The position numbers and the translations under genes are program-made. From Gemmatimonadaceae bacterium (GTDB lineage: Bacteria > Gemmatimonadota > Gemmatimonadetes > Gemmatimonadales > Gemmatimonadaceae): a stretch of 64,000 nucleotides of DNA. How positions within the stretch are numbered: position 1 is the stretch's first letter; each line of letters opens with the position of its first letter. The notes beneath the pieces were generated by a model. The model saw only the letters and a list, made by a program, of their open reading frames with translations, was not told where the DNA came from and did not search any database. Of the stretch, positions 57,423 to 64,000 are shown piece after piece. Where the stretch lies: positions 192,001 to 256,000 of the forward strand of contig JBHYGA010000005.1 in NCBI GenBank assembly GCA_051859245.1, read 5' to 3'.

Positions 57423-58373
57423 ATGTCCGACCACCGCGATGATGCGCGAGAGCGCCCGATTTCACCGGTGCACGTACCCTCGAGCATCGCCCCATGGGTA
57501 GACGGGTGTCGCTGGTCGCGCAACCTCGTGGGGGAGGCTGGGGCTGCGGTGTATCGTATCGCGCGCCCGGATGCGGATACCCGCGGCAACGCGGACGCAG
57601 CGTCACGCGATTTGTATCTGAAGCACGGCCGCGGTTCGGTTGCCACAGAAGTGTTCGACGAGGCGGTGAAGTTGCGTTGGCTTGGCGCGCACGTTGCAGT
57701 GCCAGCGGTGCGGCTGGTGATCGCATCGACCGCGTCTGACCGGTCAGATCGTGACGAGACATCCGCAATCGTTCAACACCGCGTCGATGCGAGTTCACTC
57801 GAGGACGAGACATGGCTGCTGATGGATGCGCTGCCGGGGCGCACTGCGTATCAGCTGCTCGAGGCGTCCGCGAACAGCCCCGACGTGCAACACGCGGTGG
57901 TCGATGCGTTAGTCGCATTCCTGCAGCGTGTGCACGCAATTCCCGTGAAGCGCTGTCCCTTCATCAACGATCATCATCGTAAACTTGTGCACGCGCGCGC
58001 ACGACTCGAGGCGGGTGCAGTTGATGTTGACGATTTTGGTGACATGCACCACGGATGGACGGCGCAACAGGTGTGGGATTCAGTGATTGCGCTGCTCCCG
58101 CGACACGTGGATGCGGTGGTCACGCACGGCGATTTCTCGCTTGACAACGTGCTGCTCTCGGACCGTGCAGCGAATGGCACATTCGACGTCACCGGCTGCC
58201 TCGATGCCGGGCGCGTGGGCATTGCCGACCGGTATCAGGATCTCGCGGTGTTGTACGATTGTCTCGCCGAGTTTGGTGAGACGCTGCAGGCTCGTGTGTT
58301 CACGCAGTACGGAATCAACGAGGTCGACGAGCTGAAGCTCCGTTTCCATCTCGCGCTCGACGAGTTTTTCTGA
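57423..58373 (+). CDS. Aminoglycoside 3'-phosphotransferase, APH(3')-I-like
   Basis: LYLKHGRGSVATEVFDEAVKLRWL, WLLMDALPGRTAYQ, VVTHGDFSLDN, DAGRVGIADRYQDLAVL, LRFHLALDEFF. Confidence 0.9.
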   Translation: MSDHRDDARERPISPVHVPSSIAPWVDGCRWSRNLVGEAGAAVYRIARPDADTRGNADAASRDLYLKHGRGSVATEVFDEAVKLRWLGAHVAVPAVRLVIASTASDRSDRDETSAIVQHRVDASSLEDETWLLMDALPGRTAYQLLEASANSPDVQHAVVDALVAFLQRVHAIPVKRCPFINDHHRKLVHARARLEAGAVDVDDFGDMHHGWTAQQVWDSVIALLPRHVDAVVTHGDFSLDNVLLSDRAANGTFDVTGCLDAGRVGIADRYQDLAVLYDCLAEFGETLQARVFTQYGINEVDELKLRFHLALDEFF

Positions 58374-58799
58374 CGGGCACGCCGCAGTGTGCATGTGAGG
58401 AGCGGGTACACCGCAAAACCGGCCACCACGCGGGCGTGCTAAGACTGGGTTTGCGGCGGAGCAGCGGCGCATGCTGGCCCTTCACAAGTCACGAGAGAAC
58501 GAAAGGACTATCAACTCGAAGTTGTTGTCGCTGGCGGAGACGCAGCAGGTCGACCCCCGTGTGTCGTGACGCACAGCACGACAACTCCGCGACGCACGGC
58601 ACCAGTTGAGCACCGTCCACAGAGAGAAGGCAATACCGCCCGAACGGAGAATGTCCCTTTCGCGATAGGTGTCGTAGCCTGTACGCAGAGGTAGCTGCAC
58701 TCCCAATGGCCGCCATCTCCTCGTGACGGTGTGCCGCCTGAGGCCCGCAACTCGTACGCCATTCGGGCACGTCACGTACCGCTTAAGGAGAGTCGTGAC

Positions 58800-59462
58800 A
58801 TGCGAAACTGTACCATTACCGTGCTCTGTTTTGTTGCACTGAGCGTGTTCGCCTCGTCGCCTGTTGCGGCGCAACGAGCGAGCGATACCGATGTGGGCGT
58901 TCGCCGCGAGACAATCGGTGCGGTCGCACCAGACAACGCGCACCCGGGCGACATCCTGCGTGTTCGCATCTGGCGCGAGCCGGACATGTCAGGCGACTTC
59001 CCGGTTGACGCGGGAGGCACGGCAACATTGCCGCGACTCGGCGCGCTGCGAGTCGTCGATATTCCTTCCGATTCGCTCGAGCGATTGCTCGTTGCCGAGT
59101 ACGCGCGATTTCTGCGTAATCCGTCAGTTGAGGTGACGCTGCTTCGTCGCGTACGCGTGGTCGGCGAAGTGCGGTCGCCGGGCCTGTACACCGCCGACCC
59201 CACGATGGGTTTGCGCGACATACTCGCGCTAGCAGGTGGTCCGAGTTCGGACGGCCGCACGGACCGGGTGCGCCTTGATCGCGGCGGCGAGTCGATGTGG
59301 CTCGCGCTCACCGACGCGCCGCCCGGTAATGAGGCCCGCCTGCGCTCCGGCGATCAGCTCTTCGTACCACAGCGCAGCTGGTTTGCCCGGAATACACCGA
59401 TCGTCGCCTCCGTCGCCGCGAGTGTGGCGGGTGCCATTATTTTCGCAGTCACCGCTCGCTGA
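58800..59462 (+). CDS. Polysaccharide export protein (Wza-like; Poly_export + SLBB)
   Basis: AAGGAG RBS; signal peptide; PGDILRVRIWREPDMSG, VVGEVRSPG, LALAGG, GDQLFVP. Confidence 0.88.
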   Translation: MRNCTITVLCFVALSVFASSPVAAQRASDTDVGVRRETIGAVAPDNAHPGDILRVRIWREPDMSGDFPVDAGGTATLPRLGALRVVDIPSDSLERLLVAEYARFLRNPSVEVTLLRRVRVVGEVRSPGLYTADPTMGLRDILALAGGPSSDGRTDRVRLDRGGESMWLALTDAPPGNEARLRSGDQLFVPQRSWFARNTPIVASVAASVAGAIIFAVTAR

Positions 59463-59473
59463 GGATCGCCCAG

Positions 59474-61792
59474 ATGCCACGCGATGTTGTGGATGTTGGA
59501 TTGATCTTCGATGCAGCCCGCCGACATTGGCGAGGCGTGGCCGCAGGTGCGGTGATCGGCATGCTGATCGCGTTGGCCTATGCTCGGACGGCGACTCCGC
59601 GTTACGAGGCGAACTCCACCGTGCGCATAGACGTACGACCGAGTACGCTCCCGTCGATCTACGCCGAACAAGCCGCGCGCGACGAGATCTTCACGGAGAT
59701 CGAGGTACTGCGCAGCCGAACCATCGCCGCTGATGTCGTGGACTCGCTCGCCCTCGCGGTCGAGATGACTCAACCACGCCGCACGCCGCGTGCGAACGTG
59801 TTTGCCTCACTGCGCCAAGTGGCGCCATCGAGTGTCGAAGAGCTTCGGCTCGTGCGAGGCAAGGACGCAAACTACACGATTGAAGGGACCACGCAGCGGG
59901 TCACACCAGGTGTTCCGGTCACGGTGCACGGCGTGCGCTTTGTGCTCGCTACAGCAGACGAGTATCCGGGCATCATCACGTTGCAGTTGAAGTCGCGCGA
60001 GGCGGCGATCGAACAACTGCTCAAAAACGTGGACATCCGGCGAGCTGGCTTACAGGCAAACGTCATCGCGTTGCGATACGCGTCTGAGGACCCGACGCTC
60101 GCGCGCGACGTGCTCAACCTCTGGACCGCTTCGTTCATCGGTCGACGGCAGTCAATACAGCGCGAAGAGGCGACCAGTACCGCCGACTTCATCCAGGCAC
60201 AACTCGATACGTTGACCCCGCAACTCGCCGAGGCCGAAGAGCGTCTACTGGCCTTCCGCAATGCCAACAAGATTGTCGCTCCCGAGGCGGAAGCGATGAC
60301 GCAGGTGAACCAGAGAGCGCTGCTGCAAGCAACGCGCAACGAACTCGAAGCTGAACGGACGGCGCTGGCGCAAGCCATGTCGCGCGTGCGAATGGAGGCA
60401 GCGCGCACCTCCGCGAACGACGCGTCGCCGTATCGTGAGCTGATCGGATTTCCCACGCTGCTGCGCAACCAGGCGGCGTCGGAGCTTCTGCGCTCACTCT
60501 CATCACTCGACGATCAGCGCTCAGCGCTGCTGATGCGTCGCACGACGGAAGATCCAGACGTCGTGACGCTCTCGGAGCGCATTCGCGTGGTGGAAGGCCA
60601 GCTGCAAGGTCTCACGTCGACGTACCTGCGTGGTCTGACGGCACAGTTGTCGGCGACCGATGCATCACTCGCGGGCTACACCTCGCGCATGCGGGACATT
60701 CCAACTCAGCAGGTGGAGTACGCTCGCCTTGAGCGCGCGCCGCGCGTGTACGAGGAAATGGTGAGCCTGCTCCAGACGCGCCTCAAAGAAGCGCAGATCA
60801 CGGAAGCGGTGCAGGACGCCAGCGTGCGTGTTGTGGATATGGCGGTGCTTCCGTCAAAGCCATCGTGGCCGAAAACGCCGCTGCTGCTGATGGCTGGCCT
60901 GCTCACCGGTATACTCGCTGGTGCCGCAACGGGGTTCACGCGCGAGAAGCGTGTTTCCATGGTACGTTCGCGTCGCGACCTGCAGGCAATCTCGGATATC
61001 CCCGTGCTCGGGCTTATTCCCAACTTCTCCGCTGCGCCGCGTGTGGACGGCGCTCGACAGGGAGAGGCGCTCGGCACACCGCCCGCTGCGTTGCAGCTCA
61101 CCAACGGGAAGCCGCGTACAACAAAGATCGCCGACTTGGCAGCGGCTGAAGCGTTCGTGCGGCTGTACATGAACGCCGAGTGGAGCGTGGGGCGAACGCT
61201 GCGCAGCATTTTGACTACCAGTCCGCTTCCGGGCGATGGGAAGACTACGACTGTGCTACACCTGGCAGCTGTGGCGGCCGGACAGCGGCGGCGCGTGCTC
61301 ATCGTTGATGCGGATCTTCGCTGCGCCGGAATGACGCGCGCGCTCGAGCTGCGTGACAGGCGTGGTCTCGTAGACGTGCTGCAGGGTGACGCGACGCTGG
61401 CCGAATGCATTGTGTCAGTGTCGCTCCCGGCTGGCGGTCGCGCGGACGCGATCGGCGCTGGCAACATCACTCATGCAGCGGGTGTGCCTCAGATCGTTGA
61501 AGCGGTGCGCACGGTGCTGCGCCAGGCGTCGCACTACGATGTCGTGTTGATCGATACGCCGCCGATCAACATTGTGGCCGACGCTGCGGCGATCGCCCCG
61601 CTCACCGATGGTGTCCTGCTTGTGACGCGCGCGGGTCAGACCTCGCTTGCTGCGATCGACGTGGCGCTGGACCAGCTGCAACGTGCGGGTGCGCACGTGC
61701 TGGGGACGGTGCTCAATGGCGCGGAGTTCCAGCCCAACGAAGGCTACGGCACGCTACAGCAATATCACGCCTATTCCATGTCGAGCGTATGA
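59474..61792 (+). CDS. wzc: Polysaccharide co-polymerase / BY-kinase (Wzc-like)
   Basis: Two TM helices around a coiled-coil periplasmic domain; TSPLPGDGKTT, DADLR, LIDTPP, short C-terminal Tyr cluster. Confidence 0.92.
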   Translation: MPRDVVDVGLIFDAARRHWRGVAAGAVIGMLIALAYARTATPRYEANSTVRIDVRPSTLPSIYAEQAARDEIFTEIEVLRSRTIAADVVDSLALAVEMTQPRRTPRANVFASLRQVAPSSVEELRLVRGKDANYTIEGTTQRVTPGVPVTVHGVRFVLATADEYPGIITLQLKSREAAIEQLLKNVDIRRAGLQANVIALRYASEDPTLARDVLNLWTASFIGRRQSIQREEATSTADFIQAQLDTLTPQLAEAEERLLAFRNANKIVAPEAEAMTQVNQRALLQATRNELEAERTALAQAMSRVRMEAARTSANDASPYRELIGFPTLLRNQAASELLRSLSSLDDQRSALLMRRTTEDPDVVTLSERIRVVEGQLQGLTSTYLRGLTAQLSATDASLAGYTSRMRDIPTQQVEYARLERAPRVYEEMVSLLQTRLKEAQITEAVQDASVRVVDMAVLPSKPSWPKTPLLLMAGLLTGILAGAATGFTREKRVSMVRSRRDLQAISDIPVLGLIPNFSAAPRVDGARQGEALGTPPAALQLTNGKPRTTKIADLAAAEAFVRLYMNAEWSVGRTLRSILTTSPLPGDGKTTTVLHLAAVAAGQRRRVLIVDADLRCAGMTRALELRDRRGLVDVLQGDATLAECIVSVSLPAGGRADAIGAGNITHAAGVPQIVEAVRTVLRQASHYDVVLIDTPPINIVADAAAIAPLTDGVLLVTRAGQTSLAAIDVALDQLQRAGAHVLGTVLNGAEFQPNEGYGTLQQYHAYSMSSV

Positions 61793-63297
61793 CCGTCACG
61801 TTCCCCAGGTCGGATCTCGAGTGGACCGATTCTACGGCGCCTTGGCCTAGAGGGGACCTGCAGGCTGCGGCTCGCACGAACCGACGTCTGCACGCACGTC
61901 GACAACTGGCTCAGCTTGCGAGGCTGTGCCTGCTTGACGCGGCGGCGGTCGGATTCGCGCTCTTCATGATGCTTGTCATCGACCCGACAAACGGATGGGG
62001 ATCGGTCGTGCGCTCGAACGACCCGGGCGCGAGCACGTTCTCCATTGTGGCGCAGCACATCATCGCCATCTTCAGTGGGCTCTTCCTGATGAAGGCGTAC
62101 GAGGAAGGCGACGCGGCGACTGATTTTGGCCGATTGCTTTCTGGAGTCGCGCTTGGCCTGCTCGTGTTGTACTGGTCGATGCTCTGGCAGGACTGGCGCA
62201 CTCTCTTCACATCGTATCTGCCGACGGTTGCACTGTTCGCGTCCACAGTCTGGGTCGAGAGACTGATCGGCGCGCGCTCGCGTGTATTGTCGTCTCTGTC
62301 GAGCGTGTTCGAGCCGGCGCGCGGGTTGTTCGTCGGGCAAACGCAGGACATCAAATCCGCGATGCAGCGCGGCCCATTGAAGGGACGCCACGCGGTGGTT
62401 TCCGTCGCGCAGCTCGACGTATCGCGAGTGACGTCACGCGACATGTCGCACGATTTCGGTCCGCTCGACGACCTGTTGCAGTCAACAATCCACGACCACG
62501 ATGTTGATACCATCGTGCTCTGCAGCCAGTTCTCCGACGCCGAGTTGCTGCACATCCTTGGAACGTCGGAAGCGGCTGGCTGTCGGGTGATCTCCATGTC
62601 GCGCGCCTTCCGGGTGGCCAAGCACGGGCCGACGATACGCTCCTACGATCGAACACCGATCGTAGAACTGACGCAGCCGGGAATCCGCGGTCGTGACGTG
62701 GTGCTCAAGCGGGCGTTCGACCTCGTTGCGGCAACGATGCTGCTGATTATCGCGTCGCCGATCATGCTGGTCACCGCGCTCGTCGTACGGTTGACGTCGC
62801 CGGGGCCGGCGCTCTTCTGGCAGGAACGCGTCGGCTACGGTGGGAAACTGTTTCGCATCATCAAGTTTCGCACGATGTGCGTCGACGCCGAGGATCAATT
62901 GGATGCCTTGCAGCAGGAGAGCGTGTACGGGGACGAGCGGCTCTTCAAGCTCGTGCGCGACCCGCGAGTGACGCGCGTCGGACGCTTTCTGCGGCGCTCG
63001 AGCCTGGACGAGCTGCCGCAGCTGCTGAATGTGCTCGATGGTTCGATGTCGCTTGTTGGGCCCCGTCCTTCGCTGCCGCGGGAAGTGGCGAGGTACGGCG
63101 ACAGTTCGTTTCTGCGCTTCGACGTCAAACCTGGCATCACGGGGCCATGGCAGGTCAACGGTCGCAACAGCATTACGTCTTTCGATGAAGTGATCGCTCT
63201 TGAAGCCGCGTACGTCACCGGGTGGACGATCTGGCGTGACTTCGTGATCCTTGCGCGGACCGTTCCGGTGGTGCTTCGCATGGATGGCGCGTACTGA
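61789..63297 (+). CDS. Priming (polyprenyl-phosphate) glycosyltransferase
   Basis: [52 protein letters not shown]. Confidence 0.94.
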   Translation: MTVTFPRSDLEWTDSTAPWPRGDLQAAARTNRRLHARRQLAQLARLCLLDAAAVGFALFMMLVIDPTNGWGSVVRSNDPGASTFSIVAQHIIAIFSGLFLMKAYEEGDAATDFGRLLSGVALGLLVLYWSMLWQDWRTLFTSYLPTVALFASTVWVERLIGARSRVLSSLSSVFEPARGLFVGQTQDIKSAMQRGPLKGRHAVVSVAQLDVSRVTSRDMSHDFGPLDDLLQSTIHDHDVDTIVLCSQFSDAELLHILGTSEAAGCRVISMSRAFRVAKHGPTIRSYDRTPIVELTQPGIRGRDVVLKRAFDLVAATMLLIIASPIMLVTALVVRLTSPGPALFWQERVGYGGKLFRIIKFRTMCVDAEDQLDALQQESVYGDERLFKLVRDPRVTRVGRFLRRSSLDELPQLLNVLDGSMSLVGPRPSLPREVARYGDSSFLRFDVKPGITGPWQVNGRNSITSFDEVIALEAAYVTGWTIWRDFVILARTVPVVLRMDGAY

Positions 63298-63298
63298 G

Positions 63299-64000
63299 AT
63301 GCTCGTGACCCCGACGATCACATCGGCTGCGGCGCGTCCCGCGATGCCGCGCGCCCCGCGACCAGACGGCGGACTTCGGGTGCCGACGTCTGCGCTCACG
63401 GCGACCGCGTTCCTGCTGATCGTTGCGGCGACGGCGTTGCCGCTGCTGCTGCACAACTCGGCCGTGTTGACCTACGCCTTTCCGGCAATGGCGACGGTAT
63501 TCGGCGCGTGGCTGCTCTTCACCGATCCCGGACGATACCTGTCGTTTGTCCTGTGGCTCTGGATGCTGGCTCCGTTCGTGCGCCGCGTTGTTGATGCGCA
63601 GAATGGGTTTAATCAGCAGAGCCCGATCCTGCTTGCACCGTTGCTGGTGTGCGGGTTGTGCGCGCTCGATGCGATCTACCACGCTCCTCGTTTGGCGCGC
63701 GTGGTGGCGCTGCCCTTCATGGTGGGATTCGTGAGTTTGCTGGCCGCTGTGCTCGTGGGCGTCTTTCTCACGCCACCGTCGCTCGTGCTGTATGCGGCAA
63801 TCACGTGGATGGCGCCGCTGCTGCTCGGCTTGCATGTGGCCATTCATCCAGAGCATCGCGACGCCTATCATCGGGCGATCTCGCGTACGCTGCTGCTGGG
63901 GATCGTGATCATGGGGCTGTACGGGGTGGCCCAATTCGTGATGCCGGCTGAGTGGGATCGCGTGTGGATGATCAACAGCCGGATGGATTCTATCGGACAG
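63299..64000 (+). CDS. O-antigen ligase/polymerase-like multi-TM protein (runs off the window end)
   Basis: Manual translation from ATG 63299 stays open to the window end: [41 protein letters not shown]. Confidence 0.7.
   Translation, partial: MLVTPTITSAAARPAMPRAPRPDGGLRVPTSALTATAFLLIVAATALPLLLHNSAVLTYAFPAMATVFGAWLLFTDPGRYLSFVLWLWMLAPFVRRVVDAQNGFNQQSPILLAPLLVCGLCALDAIYHAPRLARVVALPFMVGFVSLLAAVLVGVFLTPPSLVLYAAITWMAPLLLGLHVAIHPEHRDAYHRAISRTLLLGIVIMGLYGVAQFVMPAEWDRVWMINSRMDSIGQ

Noticed and set aside
58400..58470. c-di-GMP-I riboswitch upstream of the polysaccharide cluster (CGCAAAACC...CTAA)
   Set aside because: There is no GGCAAA/GNRA P2 architecture. It is better explained as an inverted repeat (CCGCAAA..TTTGCGG) after aph.
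1..64000. tRNA or rRNA genes
   Set aside because: None recognised by eye in the intergenic gaps; no covariance search was run.

Overview
GC-rich bacterial chromosomal segment. Gene content and style suggest Gemmatimonadota (inference, not tested). From left to right: (1) the 5' part of a TonB-dependent receptor gene; (2) a long, tightly coupled + strand run: SDR, a hypothetical, a ubiquitin-fold protein, MoxR AAA+/DUF58/BatA/DUF4175-like/DUF4159/membrane protein, HDAC-family deacetylase, methyltransferase, CorA, Zn-ribbon Ser/Thr kinase, dipeptide epimerase, priA, aminotransferase; (3) yceI and a hypothetical-fur-ccdA operon; (4) a triple-nested mobile structure, an IS30 inside an IS3 inside a palindromic repeat; (5) a ferritin-like pair, ABC exporter, lipoprotein, ggt, murQ-anmK-GH3 peptidoglycan recycling genes, PP2C, amidase, a peptidase/propeller/Omp85-like protein, gamma-carbonic anhydrase and class II ribonucleotide reductase nrdJ; (6) a ~12 kb accessory island (46.2-58.4 kb) with a lower-GC NYN + DUF262(-HEPN-like) pair, IS3/IS30 relics, P450, CBM-esterase, higA with a truncated higB, SRPBCC, a PLD-helicase-DUF3427 gene plus a relic of a second one, a Cdd1-like HhH protein and an APH(3')-I-like kinase; (7) the start of a Wza-Wzc-priming glycosyltransferase polysaccharide cluster. 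The best candidates for undescribed systems are the NYN + DUF262/RxxxxH pair and the ubiquitin-like protein ahead of the MoxR operon. All calls come from reading motifs by eye; no searches were run.
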